This document shows, piece after piece, positions 1-14,003 of a DNA stretch of 64,000 nucleotides; position 1 is the stretch's first letter; each line of letters opens with the position of its first letter. Where the stretch lies: positions 63,427,177 through 63,491,176 of the forward strand of contig NC_068984.1 in the NCBI RefSeq assembly GCF_001194135.2, written 5' to 3'. The notes under the pieces were generated by a model. It was not told where the DNA came from. It did not search any database and saw only the letters and a list, made by a program, of their open reading frames with translations. The DNA comes from Octopus bimaculoides (lineage: Eukaryota). The position numbers were made by a program, and so were the translations under genes.

Positions 1-30
1 TGTGTGTGTGTGTGTGTGTGTGTGTGTTTG

Positions 31-235
31 TATGTCTGTGTTTGTCCCCACAACATCGCTTGACAACCGATGCTGGTGGGTTTATGTCCCCGTAACCTAG
101 CGTTTCGGTAAAAGAGACCGATAGAATAAGTACTAGGCTTCCAAATAATAAGTCCTGGGGTCGATTTGCTCGACTAAATGCGGTGCTCCAGCATGGCCAC
201 AGTCAAAAAGACTGAAACAAGTAAAAAAGAAAAAA
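31..235 (+). mobile_element. 3' part of tRNA-derived SINE family B, following a (TG)n tract
   Basis: Shares the body (GTTTATGTCCCCGTAACCTAGCG...GATAGAATAAGTACTAGGCTT...GTCGATTTGCTCGACTAAA...GCGGTGCTCCAGCATGGCC) with the copies at 26402-26782 (-) and 32985-33320 (+). Confidence 0.8.
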
Positions 236-752
236 AGAGAGTAATATTAATGAATCATCAAAATAAAAGCGAGTATTTGAATAGAAAGTCGAAGCTTTGT
301 AGGTCTTTTTAGCATGTATTAAAGTTAATGCGTATATATTTCGTACATTTTCTCCGGAGATGATCGAAATTTTAATGGATGAACATATATACAAATATAC
401 ACACTTATGATAGATAATAGAAAAAAAACTCTCAAGAGAAGAAGTACTGATCATACGCGTACAGTTACAAGACAAAAAGCAAAATTATGATTTAAATGCA
501 GTATTTTTTACAATGCTGTTCTCCATTTAAGCTGTTATTAATTTTCGAATTTCCAATACACATACAACTAGGAATTTGTCTTTCTCTAATAAGAATTATC
601 TGTTCTATGCAGTGTCTTAATAGTGGATATGCTATAAATGTGTGAAACATTTCGTGCCAAGAATATTATAGAGAATATTCACTCTTATATTTTAATAGAT
701 ACATTTTCTCTCAGTTTGCTATGACCACACGTCTGTATGCACGACCGCACAC

Positions 753-800
<48 letters not shown>

Positions 801-1329
801 CAATTGTCAAAACCAGATTGATATCTGACAGGCTACTTGTGAGGTTATTTCTCCCTTCATGTTCAATGTGGTTATGTTTTTCACAAGCTAATGTTATTGT
901 TCTTTGTGACTGAATTTCTTTTACTCATCAAGGGTAGTCCAGTTTTTGTTAGCATATTTCATTCTTTGAATATAGAACATATCAGCCGAAAGACATAATT
1001 TTATTTTATTAGTATACTGTTTTGTAACTACTATACTTAGCGAAATCGAAACGCCATTTTACTATTGTAATAAAGCATGCATACATTTATTCATACATAC
1101 ATACACACACACATACAGACAGACATACATACATGCATACATACATACAAAAATACATACATGCATACATACAATCATGTATACACATAGGATGAGTTAA
1201 TTGTAATATAACTGGCAGAAAAAAAACGTAAATTGGCTAAATGAAGTGTCTCTTGATTATACAACTCGGAAAATATTTTCCTGAAACCCAGAACTTGTGC
1301 ATTCATAGTAGCCCTGTCGCCTTTCGACA

Positions 1330-2560
1330 AAACGAATTGTACTAATACCTAGGCATTCGTGGAAATATATAATACGAAGTTTCTGTATTTCAAAGGTAGT
1401 ATGGCCCTTGAATAAAATACAAGACTTAGAAAAATGGTAATCAAAACTCTTCTTCTACACCGAGACAACATCTTCGAATGCATTTTCAAAACCAGTATTG
1501 ACACCACCATTTGGGATATTCACTTATCTTTAGAGGAAATCTATTCCATAAAGATTAAAAACTACAATTTCCTAACATCAACTGGACAATTTCATAGAAA
1601 CAATGATATCGACTGGCTCTACATACGAACAGATCGAGATAGTAGAGGCATGAGATTAGTTCGAACAAATTTCCAATTAAGAATGGCATCTCTCAAGCAT
1701 TAACTTCTAAACAACTTCAAAAATACGTATTTAAACCTATTGCTGGGAAAAGAAAGAGAACAATATATCCCGTGTTAGCAGTGAGGTCTTCGTGAAACTG
1801 TCTTCCTGACGACCTCCCAGACACTGCAAAAACTTTTGAACTAATATATATTAACGATGACCAAGTTGTGACAAATTCAGCTTACGAAAACATGATTATA
1901 CATTGATATATTTCGGGAAGATTTTAAGATGACATTAATACGGACATGAAGTGCAGCTATTCAGAGACTCATCACCGCTACATCATATCACACTCTGAAG
2001 GTTATGCGTTTGCATTCGTAGACCAAGAGATGAACTAAGAAAAAAAAAAAAGTGACATTTTTGGACCACCACGACGCAATCAAAGCATTGATTGAGTTAT
2101 ATTTCCGTGATCTGCAACTGCCCAAAATTGAACATACATAAAGAGCAGCAGAAGGAATATTGATGGCACATTCTACTAAATGCAAACTAAAAAAGGGCGG
2201 ACATAGTTACTTCGGACAGGCAAACTATAGCATGCATCGTCATTGAGGGCAGCTGTTCTACTGACGTAAATATAATTTGAAAATAACGAACAACTGCTTC
2301 GGAATGTTTAGGCTCCATACCGAGGTTATAAAGGTTATACGTTCACATTTATGCGAACGCTAAATGGTGTACTAGGTTTTGTTTGTAAATACTTAAGTGA
2401 CCATCTTCAAAAGATTGGTTTTCAGAGAAAGAAATCAACCAGCTTAAACACGCATTACAAATATAATCTGTTAGTGGAAAGGTACAAATATAGAAGACTA
2501 TTTTCAATTGCAAAACTTTGGATTGGATCTGTTATCTACATTCCAGCGATGCAGTTTTGC
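1330..2560 (+). mobile_element. Decayed 3' half of an R4/Dong-like non-LTR retrotransposon (RT C-terminus to endonuclease end)
   Basis: Frameshifted motifs occur in the expected order: Y*YLGIRGNI (~1347), LTSTGQFHRNNDIDWLYIRTDRDSRGMRLV (ORF 1434-1703, cf. FHxxSDxDRLYxxRxxGGRGL), SHSEGYAFAFVDQEM (~1990), LNGVLGFVCKYLSDHLQKIGF (ORF 2351). Confidence 0.7.
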
Positions 2561-2706
2561 ATTTATATTGCAAAATACGACCGTTCTTTATAGAAGTACT
2601 TCAAAAAAGTTAGTATAGAACAAAACCAGCAAACATATATTTATCCCACTCTTCAGCTGAATGTTCTTAACAATGATAGATTGTAATAAAATAAAATATG
2701 TATTCG

Positions 2707-2738
<32 letters not shown>

Positions 2739-2739
2739 C

Positions 2740-2815
<76 letters not shown>
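2707..2815. repeat. Compound (CT)n-(AT)n microsatellite
   Basis: Directly visible; source of the spurious RE/YI ORFs. Confidence 0.95.
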
Positions 2816-2816
<1 letters not shown>

Positions 2817-3774
2817 TGTTTGTATGTTTGGTAAGTAAATATTTCCAGGTAAGTGATATATACATAGTGTGCATATTCATAGGCGTATAATACACACACA
2901 CGCACACACACACACACACACAAACACACGCACGCACACATATACACACACATGCAAGCGCGCACACATAGAAATGCAGTTAATTGGCCTTCAGAAGTTC
3001 AAATATGTCATAAGCAGTGCATGTCAGGAGCATGTAAGTTCGATAATTTTACCGACACAGCGTGCTTCGACATATACACGAAGACCACCGACTCTCAGTT
3101 AACAAGGAACATTATGACATCGGTTATTCAACAAATAATTTTCCAACAATATGTCCCTCACCATGAGAATCTGACGAGTCGTCTATAAAGCGAAGGGCTT
3201 TATTGATGCGAAATTACTGGTTACTCTATGAGCGCACATATATGTAAATGTATATACATGTTTATATATATATATATGTCTGTGTGTGTGTGTATGTTTA
3301 TCTGTATCATATGCGCATCTATGTGTATGCAATTATACATTTAAACGCCTCCCAAAATAAACAAAACTCACTTTGATAAGACGCCGACAATGTAACCATG
3401 GAATCTAGGAATAGATGCAAGATAATATAGGTGATTAGCTAATATCTGTTTAGTCATTCGTTAAGTAACATACATACATAAAATCATATGTATATACGTA
3501 TGCATGTATATCTATGTATATGTATATGTATATAAATATGTATGTATANNNNNNNNNNNNNNNNNNNNNNNNNNNNNNNNNNNNNNNNNNNNNNNNNNNN
3601 NNNNNNNNNNNNNNNNNNNNNNNNNNNNNNNNNNNNNNNNNNNNNNNNNNNNNNNNNNNNNNNNNNNNNNNNNNNNNNNNNNNNNNNNNNNNNNNNNNNN
3701 NNNNNNNNNNNNNNNNNNNNNNNNNNNNNNNNNNNNNNNNNNNNNNNNNNNNNNNNNNNNNNNNNNNNNNNNNN

Positions 3775-3811
<37 letters not shown>

Positions 3812-4366
3812 ATGCATTATATGTACACATTTCACACGAGTGCATGTGTGGTGTATATACCTTCATTAGGTACAGGCCCGTGTTGTGCCTTTTGATATCA
3901 TCCGACGTTGTGTGGGTGGCATTCCAAGACACTACATGCATTTGAAAGACATGATCCCCATCTTAGGCAGTTGCTAGATACACACGGCATTGAATACACT
4001 ATATTGATGTCATCTGCGTGTCAGTATTCTCACCGAGCATGTGGGCCTATAAAGAGTGATGAAAATAGCTAATATCTTTATTATAACGTTAACTCTACGT
4101 CATCGGAGTTGACCAAGTGATGCCTAAGTCATAGAACCCATCTTGAACTTGACTCAAATCAAATGAGATAAACGCATCATACAGGCCCATGAAACTTTAG
4201 TTCATATAGAAATAAATGAAATACATGAGTGTATATATGTATATATATATATATAAGTGTGTGTGTGCGTACGTGCGTGCACGCGTATATATTCAAATTT
4301 ACAGAAAACAAAAGACGGAGACAACAAGCAGGTTTATTAGTTTAACGCTCAGGAAGGATGAAAAAG

Positions 4367-4404
4367 TCTCTTACGTTTCGAGTCGACGCACTTCAACAGA
4401 AAGA
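4367..4404 (-). ncRNA. Degenerate minimal hammerhead-like motif (family 2)
   Basis: Minus strand TCTTT-CTGTTGA-A-GTGCGTCGACTC-GAA-ACGT-A-AGAGA. Stem I TCTTT/AGAGA pairs and the ACGT stem III palindrome is present. The core has A6>U and stem II is mismatched. Confidence 0.5.
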
Positions 4405-5419
4405 ATTAAGAGTTAATAAGCAGGTGGAATGAAAAGAAAAACTGAGAGAGCAAAGAACGTGTAGGGGCTAATGATTCAACATGAATATCTATATCTATCT
4501 ATCTATCTATCTATCTAACTATCTATCTATCTCTGTATATATATATATATATNNNNNNNNNNNNNNNNNNNNNNNNNNNNNNNNNNNNNNNNNNNNNNCA
4601 TATATATATATATATATATATATATCATATCATATTATATTACATCGTATTATAGGATTGATTTACTTCCAACTCCATCATAATCGACTGGATTGTGTGC
4701 TTCAGGTTTTGGACATATTTTAAAGCGGAACTTAATATCTATACTATCTGCACTTATCATTTTTGAAAGAATCATATCTCTAATTACTTGCACGGTATAT
4801 TTATACTGTGGCATAATCTTGGTTTACTAGGAGTTTACCCTTTTTTTGTTTTTTCTTTGCAAGTGGGATCAACGTGTAAAATATTAAGTATAGTACCAAA
4901 CATGCAGTCAATAGATGTAAAATATAAATCTACAGGTACGCTTGTTAATATTTCTATTATGAATATTTAGTTAACATGTGAATCAAAAAATAGAATTACG
5001 CATTTCTCAAGAATGTTATCAACAATATCTGTAATACGTTGCAGTGAGCAAAATAAAGAAAAAAAAGCAAACTTACAAGAGAGATGAATTAATATCAAAT
5101 TATAATACTTGGTCTTTATTTTTATATTTTCGCAAAGCAGCGTTTAAGATTAACTTAAATTCTCAACTTCCTTCTTGCCTCTATTTTTGCTTTTGAACTA
5201 CCGTATTATTCATTTTTCCCATGATACATGTATTTTATTTTGCCCGTATTATACGTTATCTTTCGCACGTAAATGCATAATTTCTCAAGAACTGCTTAAT
5301 TCTGTTTTGTATATCCTTTCTCTTTCTTTCACATATTGCTGAAATGTTACTATCTCTTCTTCTTAATTCAGTTTTCCTGCACTCACTGTTATACACAAGC
5401 ACATGTTCTCCCTCACTTG

Positions 5420-5583
5420 CTCTCTCTCTCTGTCTCTCTCTCTCTGTCTCTCTCTCTCTGTCTCTCTCTCTGTCTCTCTCTCTCTCTGTCTCTCTCTCTC
5501 TCTCTGTCCCTCTCTCTCTGTCTCTCTGTGTCTTTGTCTTTTGCTCTCTCTCTCTCTTGCTCTCTCCCTTTCTTGCATTCTCT

Positions 5584-5615
<32 letters not shown>

Positions 5616-5680
5616 GTTTTTCTCTCTCTGTTTTTCTCTCTCTCACTCACTCTCACTCTCACCCTCTCTCTCTCTCTCTC
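5420..5680. repeat. Long imperfect (CT)n/(CTGT) microsatellite
   Basis: Directly visible; explains the SL/RE ORFs. Confidence 0.95.
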
Positions 5681-6979
5681 GTTAATGCTCTGTCTTAGAC
5701 TAACGTAACCAGTTTTGTTTCAATTACATTTAACGTATTTAAAGATTGCGATAATAATACATTTAATTCCTTTTTCTCTCATTTCTACCATTTTATCGAT
5801 CACTTTCCTTTACCTATTTTTCTTTTCAATATATATATACCGGCACACATACGTGTTCCTTTTCTGTTTTCCTCAGACACTTCTCCAACAGTTCCTTTCA
5901 CAGATGTGACGATTGCTGTTCAGTCTTGAATATGTATTATTTTTACCTTTTATAATATTCATATTATCTTTTCCCTTCATATAGGTTACACTAAAAATGA
6001 TATTTTAAAGTAACCTTTGACTATGTATATACCAAAGAATTCTTGTAAATTTAGAAACACACTAATAACTTTTCTGTAGACGTGAATTGAAGAATACAGT
6101 TAATTATAAGCGACTCGTCTCTCATTCCATTATCATTAAATGTATATTAATGTAAGCAAGAAAAAAATACTTATGTATTAATACAAGCCAGAAAATTTTT
6201 CTTTCAACATATTGGACTCTAATTAAATTATCAACATTCGACATCACTACACGTGTTCATCGAAAGTTCTACTAAGAAATATATTCTAAATTCAAGCATA
6301 CAACCGAGTTATTTCCTAAGTGGGCGGGAAAGACAATAAGTTAGCAAAAATTAATTTAGTAATAGGAAGAAAAAAACCCTTTATGTATCTTACTATTTTA
6401 CATTTGCTGTTGTGTTTTTTTCCTATTGTGTTAAAACGTTTTATTCAACAATATCCACTTGTTAAGTTTGATTGTCGATGATTGCTTTTTAATACGCTAT
6501 CTCCGAAGAAATTTCACGTCAAAAGATGAAAAGAAGAAATTGCGTAGCGTCACCAATTTTTTTCTGCTGAATAACCCATTGATCCATTCGCCACTGTTAT
6601 AATTGACTCAGGATAGCTTCTCATGCGCACAAGTGTATACCTGTCTAAAACATCAAGTGTATTACCAAACATCATTCAATAAATATAGACAACCCCTTTA
6701 TAACCCTACATACTGACGTTCTATGTTTCCATTGCTAGAGAATTTCTTCAAGTGAGTCAATTTACTCCATCATTATCGATTGTGTCAGTAGCACATTAAC
6801 GCAGTCGTTTGAATCTGAAGAGATAAGAGCTGAATATACCTCACGTTACCATTTTCTTGCAAGATGTACGGTCATTCGAAGGATTGTTTTGACATATACG
6901 TCTCTTCAACAGTAGTGTGTCTGCTTGGCAAAGAAAAGCATTAGGCGTGACCATCTGAATTTATCAGAAAAAGCATATT

Positions 6980-7095
6980 GTATGCTTTCATCCATCGCGA
7001 AGATGACAATTTCTATCCTCTCTCTACTTTCAGTGATGTTTCGTCGATATTTGGCAATAGATTTGTCTTCAACCACTATTTATCAACCGAGATTT
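6980..7095. repeat. Dispersed repeat fragment related to 12064-12180
   Basis: ATGCTTTCATCCATCGCG...GATATTTGGCAATAGATTTGTCTTC...CTATTTATCAACCGAGAT aligns by eye with 12064-12180; family unknown. Confidence 0.55.
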
Positions 7096-8744
7096 ACATT
7101 GTAGTTCACATGTGCACTAATTCAGATCATGACATTGCTGACCCCTTTCTCCATATCTACGCTGTATACATACGTGTGTGTTCCCAAACTTTCTCTCTTC
7201 ATTCAGCATATCCTATCTCTACATACATTGTATTGAGTCCTCGTCATGTATGTATCATTTTGGCAGTATTGCGCTGCTAGACTGGCTTATATCTTTTCTT
7301 TGTCAATTTGGATACGTCTCCAAAAATGAAAGTAAACTATAAATTAATCATTTGTGTTAAAGACAAGTACTAAGATTTTGTGAGATAAACTATTCGAGCA
7401 TTGCGAGATACTTTTTCAATCAAAGTTTTCCTTCACTTTAGAAATTTATGTTTTGTCATAAATTATCAGACGGCTATTCATACAGCTTGACATCATTTCT
7501 CATAGATCATTAAACTAACTTGGATACAAACCAACTAGCAATTAGATCCTATCCGCTATTCATTCACCTTAACATTACTATCACCCCCACCGCATTTATT
7601 ATCTACAGTAAAAGAACTCTCATAGCAGCCTGCTCAATTGCTGAGTGACCTGTCGGCAACAGTCGGGGCAAATTCCTTCCTATTTGGAGTAACCTAAGGG
7701 CTCATTACGCTTATACACGTTACGTATGTTCTAAAAGATCATAATAAGTGTTGCTTCAAGTCTTCGTACTCTTGAATAGATGATAGTATTATTCACACTT
7801 CCATAACCTTCTTGCATGTATCAGTTATATAGATGCCATTTAACCATCGAACCTGACTATATACTGCTTTTATTTACAAGGACATGAGATTCACGACCAA
7901 AATCTTTCAAATGATTACCTGATATATAGTATGTATCGATTCAATCGATCTTACCGATTTCTTATAAACTGTAGCAGTATGTCAATATGTAATGAATCAA
8001 TATTATACATAAATATGAAATAAAAATTCTCTGAAAATATCATGACATACTAATATAACTGTTGTATACAAATCAATGCGTTTAATTCATCAGAAAGTAT
8101 TTGCATAAATGTGTATTTCCTGCAATGAAAATTGTATTTGTAAAGAAAAATACGTTGCTGTGCACCTATATTAAATGAACTAAGTCGAAAATATGTTTAA
8201 TATTCTTGCAAAGTGAAAGCACGATGCTGAATGGATTGGGTATTCAGCTCGCGATCGTAAGATCTTGAGGTAGGTAACTAGCAGCGCATTGCATCCTTGA
8301 GTAAGCATTTTATTTCACGCTACTCCAGTCCACTCATCAGGCAAAAATAAGTAGTATCTGTCATTCAAAGTGCCAGTCTTGTAAAATTCTGCGTCACGCT
8401 GAATTTTTCTAAGAACTACGTTAAGGGTACACATGCTTCAGGAGTGCTCGGTCACTTGCACATTGATTTCACGTGCAGGATGTTTCGTTGATCGGATCAA
8501 CTGGAACACTCGTCGTCGTAACACTCAGAGTGCCATTTATTTAATTACTCTTGCAAAGATGTGTACCATATTTATCACAAAAAAAGAACATATATTTCTC
8601 TAAGCATACAAAAAAGAAAAAATAAACTTGTCACTTTATTTGGGCACTTAAAACGATCAAATTTGTATTCAGATCGTCGGGAAACTAAACGAGGTCAAAC
8701 TCATTTTTCTTCCTGCCAGAATTAGCAAAATAATTCTTTCTATT

Positions 8745-9060
8745 ACAGGCACGAAGTCAGAACCTTTGAGGGAATTAGTTCATTACATCGACGCCAGCAT
8801 TGTACTAATAGTTAGTGTTTCGATATCGAAAGGATCAGAGGCAAATTGGATTGTTGGGTAATTTGGACTGAAGAAGAATGCTTTTTGTCTCATATGCTAA
8901 CGATTCTACCCGAACGTTGTCTTCGCAATTGAGAAAATAGACTAAGCCTTCCTACCGTAGGCACAAGGCCTACATTTTTGTCAGTTACATCGGCCCCTAT
9001 TGCAACACTGCTACTTACTTTGTTGACCCCGAAACGCAGACAGGAATTTGAAATTAAGGA
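8745..9060 (-). mobile_element. Two diverged partial copies of SINE family A
   Basis: Reverse-complement remnants of the 63210-63440 body (CATTACATCGACGCCAG; TACTTACTTTGTTGACCCCGAAA). Confidence 0.55.
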
Positions 9061-9455
9061 TGTACAGACAGATAAGACAATGATTAGCATTTGTATCTGG
9101 CGTGATAACAATTCTACCAGGTCGCCAACTTAGGAGATGAGAAAATAAAAAGTATTCATGAAGTACTCTAAACGATTTTATCGTATGTTTCTCTATTCCG
9201 GCATCTGCAGGTATATAACTGAGATAGCAATCAATATATATTTTTCTATACACATGCAAGAGAAACTAGTCAAAAATTCTTGATTCTGAAATCAAAGTAT
9301 GAGCAGATTTCATATAAAAGCTGATTGTGCCAAAGATATATTTCGTAAATTAAGTTATTTTCACATTGCGTGCAATAATTAACAGCTTCTCGAATTAAAA
9401 ACCTTTTAATGTTATATAACGCATATATATACAAACGCATACACAAACATATTAA

Positions 9456-9499
<44 letters not shown>

Positions 9500-9934
9500 N
9501 NNNNNNNNNTAGCTTACAGTATATATTCATGTGTACAACACGCACGGACATATACATAGACAGATATATAAACACGCATATACACACACATGCACACTCA
9601 CACATGCACGCACTCACACATGTACATGGAGGAAAATATAAACATGGAATAAATATTCTATTTCAATTATCTCAGAAGTGGAAAATTATAAAATGGATAC
9701 TGATGGTTTTATTTTCTGTAATTTTAGTAATTAACTTACAGTCATGGTATTGTGAATATTATTTGTCAAATGCAAACGCTTGCAGGCAATACTGACATTT
9801 TTTTACAGTGATTTAATTACATTCCTAAATTATTAGTTCCACCTGCCAGGTTTCTCAAGCTATCTGTATATTTAAGATTATTAACCTATCTCATTCCTCC
9901 TTTTATATATCCACATTCACACACGCACTCACTA

Positions 9935-9971
<37 letters not shown>

Positions 9972-10028
9972 TATGTATATATATATATATCATTACACAC
10001 ATATTTACATATGTATGTATAGATACGT

Positions 10029-10106
<78 letters not shown>

Positions 10107-11469
10107 GAGGGAGAGAGTGAGTGAGTGTATTAAGAGTGTATACTACCGAAAGTTTCCTGTCTTTAATGTAATTCTTAATTAACGTAACTTTGAAGCATGT
10201 TAAATCGAGTTTTGTTTGTTTTGAAATTATCGTGATATATTATTACAACATATGGAAGGAATTGATTTCCGCTTTAATAGTCTCAATTCATATTTCAGGG
10301 TTTCGAAATGCTTTTAAATATCTGATTTGTCAAGAGACAATGGATCGGAAGATGTAATTTGTAACGTACTTTTATATAAAATACCTATAGAAATATAGTA
10401 TAATGATTTCCTTTAACACGCACGCACACACACACACATACATATATAGATATATACACATTTATATATGTGTGTATACATGTATATGCATATACATACA
10501 TACATACATACACACATACATACATATATATATATATGTGTATACATATATATATATATANNNNNNNNNNNNNNNNNNNNNNNNNNNNNNNNNNNNNNNN
10601 NNNNNNNNNNNNNNNNNNNNNNNNNNNNNNNNNNNNNNNNNNNNNNNNNNNNNNNNNNNNNNNNNNNNNNNNNNNNNNNNNNNNNNNNNNNNNNNNNNNN
10701 NNNNNNNNNNNNNNNNNNNNNNNNNNNNNNNNNNNNNNNNNNNNNNNNNNNNNNNNNNNNNNNNNNNNNNNNNNNNNNNNNNNNNNNNNNNNNNNNNNNN
10801 NNNNNNNNNNNNNNNNNNNNNNNNNNNNNNNNNNNNNNNNNNNNNNNNNNNNNNNNNNNNNNNNNNNNNNNNNNNNNNNNNNNNNNNNNNNNNNNNNNNN
10901 NNNNNNNNNNNAAATATGATTACATGACGTGCACGCAAGGCAATATAGTAACCCCCTGGTCCATTAAAGTTTTGAGTAACATTCAAACCATTATAAATAC
11001 CAACATAAAATATGTGCAGCATTATATCAAATGTTCACTTGTTCTCTTTCTTTTAGTTAATAAAACATTGCTTACTTCTTCTGAGCAAAACATATCTTTA
11101 TGGCCGGTTCAATATTGTTGCATTAACGTATTATGAACTTCAAACAGGGAATTCATGTAGCTTGCATTTAAGTCTCAACTCCTCCGCGGGTAATGAAGTA
11201 AAAATCAGTTAATCTATGGAGTAGTTGGTACGGGTCAATCCTTGAATAGATTCTACCGTTAAGCAAAAGTTAAGTACATATTATTTACATGTAAATTAAA
11301 AGGCAAAGTCGATGGAAGACCTCATTTCTTGAATATTGAAGTGTTTGAATATTTAAAAGTTTCAATATTCAAATGTTTCTATATTTAAGTGTTCGGTTAA
11401 ATCAGTTACAAGCTTCACTAATCGATTACAGCCACTAATGCGCTGCAATTACCATTACTTCTACCGCTG

Positions 11470-11591
11470 CTGTTTCTTCTTCTTCTTCTTCTTCTTCTTC
11501 TTCTTCTTCTTCTTCTTCTTCTTCTTCTTCTTCTTCTTCTTCTTCTTCTTCTTCTNNNNNNNNNNNNNNNNNNNNNNNNNNCACCACCACC

Positions 11592-11677
<86 letters not shown>

Positions 11678-11680
11678 CTC
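11470..11680. repeat. Compound (CTT)n-gap-(CAC)n-(TAC)n microsatellite
   Basis: Directly visible. Confidence 0.95.
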
Positions 11681-12467
11681 TGCCTCTCACCACCTTGATT
11701 GGTTCAAATGTTGGTATCACCTTCTGGTCAGAAACCTATAGCAAATGAACAGACGTATAGTTGTGTTAATAAAATTAGTTTGGAATCACATGGTAAAGTG
11801 TTCGCACACACAGCAGATACTGAGAGAATTTTCTTCACTCATGGTCTCGCTTTTGCTAACATATTTTGAATAAAACATCGTAATTACCGTGCCATTACGG
11901 ATTGTGTTAGTAGGTATTTGACGCAATCGCATGAATTTCAGGAGATAAGAACTGAAATGTATGTTCACGGGAGAATTCTTTTGAACAGAAATGTCACGTC
12001 TTTGCTTGGTAACGAAAATGATTAGGTGTAAACACCTGAATTAATTATCAGTAAAGTAAAAAATGCTTTCATCCATTGCGTAGTTCACAAGTTTTGTCTT
12101 CACTGTATTCCCGATGAAGTTTCCTTGATATTTGGCCATAGATTTTTCTTCTACCTCTATTTATCAACCAAGATATCCATATCGCTATATTAGCTTTAAT
12201 TTAATGTGAATGGATGTCAAATTACGATAATAATTTGGGTCGTCATTTCCAGATAAATATAAATGACTGAGAAAGGATAAATATGAATGACTTGAAAATC
12301 AAACTCTTTTACGGAATGTTTGTGACAAACTGACAGAAAATGCATAGTGATATATTTCTTTGAGAGTAAGACACAATGATATTCAATCATGTAATGAAAC
12401 CTAAAAATTCTGAACTCCAGATAACTGCACGGTACAATTCACATCATTCGAAACTTCCTTATATAGC

Positions 12468-12600
12468 ATTATTTATATTTGACAGATATTTGCCCTCATC
12501 TTATTTGTTGTTAAGAGAACGTTTAACACCCTCCAGACTTCATCAGGAGTCTTGGGGAAATTTCGAACCTGAGTTCTCATTCTTAAGGTATTTGTCGATG
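12468..12600 (-). mobile_element. Inverted Penelope-type terminal repeat module (family 1) with a broken hammerhead
   Basis: Reverse complement of 14120-14270. CTGATGA lies at 12540-12546 (-), and the 3' arm of stem II and part of GAAA are lost. Confidence 0.8.
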
Positions 12601-12612
12601 CTGTTGTTGTTG

Positions 12613-12685
<73 letters not shown>

Positions 12686-12686
<1 letters not shown>

Positions 12687-13035
12687 TTATGTTTGACTTT
12701 TGTTTTGCATTTGTACAAGTTGGATCCAAGTCTCACCCAGAGACCTCAAGAGACAACAAGTTAGAAGTTCATGTAGGTGTTATGCCTAGGGTACCATATA
12801 TTTGGATTTGTACAGTTTTGTTCAAGTGAATGTTTAAGAAACCATCAGAAAATTATGTGTTTGCTTTAAAATTTGAGATCACATAGACAGTATTTTATGT
12901 AGGATATGGGCAGTTCCCATGAGCACTATCTTTTGAACTTCAGCCATTTTGGGGTTTCCTGGAATCTGATCTAGGTAGTAATCAGCCCGTTTCGCTGTCA
13001 TTCCCAGGGCACCTATGACAATAGGTATTGTTTTC
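12686..13035 (-). mobile_element. 3' end of an R4/Dong-like LINE with a (TAA)n tail
   Basis: Minus strand reads KTIPIVIGALGMTAKRADYYLDQIPGNPKMAEVQKIVLMGTAHILHKILSM*, then a 3' UTR, then (TAA)n at 12603-12686. Same family as 36631-37262. Confidence 0.85.
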
Positions 13036-13289
13036 NNNNNNNNNNNNNNNNNNNNNNNNNNNNNNNNNNNNNNNNNNNNNNNNNNNNNNNNNNNNNNNNN
13101 NNNNNNNNNNNNNNNNNNNNNNNNNNNNNNNNNNNNNNNNNNNNNNNNNNNNNNNNNNNNNNNNNNNNNNNNNNNNNNNNNNNNNNNNNNNNNNNNNNNN
13201 NNNNNNNNNNNNNNNNNNNNNNNNNNNNNNNNNNNNNNNNNNNNNNNNNNNNNNNNNNNNNNNNNNNNNNNNNNNNNNNNNNNNNNNNN

Positions 13290-13369
<80 letters not shown>

Positions 13370-13371
<2 letters not shown>

Positions 13372-13990
13372 CACCACGAAGAAATGATCAAACTCACTAA
13401 CAATCTATTAAGCAACTATTACCCCAAAAACATACTATCCATTCCAATTATGAAGTTAAGAGAGGATAAAATCAATAAACTTTCCACATTCTGTCTACCC
13501 TATGTGAAAGGCCTCTCCGGAAAGATACAAAAGATATGTCGCCCATATGACATTAGGACAGTATTCAAGACTAATACAACACTTCGCAAATATCTCCTTC
13601 GAGTAGAACCATCAATAGAAGAGAATATGACCAAAGATTGCGTGTACTCCATCCCATGCAGCTGTTGTAGGTTATACAAAGGCGAAACATGACGCTTCCT
13701 CGAAATAAGGGCAGACGAACAACTCAAAGCTGTGACACGATGATATATCGATAAATCGGGTATAGCTGATCATGTATGGTAAAATGAAGATCACTTCCCC
13801 CTGTTGGATGAAATTAAAATAATAGACAGAGAACACCACTGGAAAATACGAAAACTAAAAGAAGCAGCACATATTCTAGGACACAACAACCTCCTAAGCT
13901 GACTCAGTGCAAATATGAGTAGCATATGGGAACCGGTGTTAAGGAAGGTGTTAATAGAAAAATATTAGATTTATAAGACCTAAAATTCAC
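13370..13990 (+). pseudogene. Penelope-like element 3' ORF fragment (RT thumb/linker plus C-terminal GIY-YIG endonuclease), inactivated
   Basis: LPYVKGLSGKIQKICRPYDIRTVFKTNTTLRKYL...CVYSIPCSCCRLYKGET*RFLEIRADEQ...KSGIADHVW*...IKIIDREHHWKIRKLKEAAHI, with several in-frame stops. Confidence 0.9.
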
Positions 13991-14003
13991 TCCATAATTG
14001 CCC

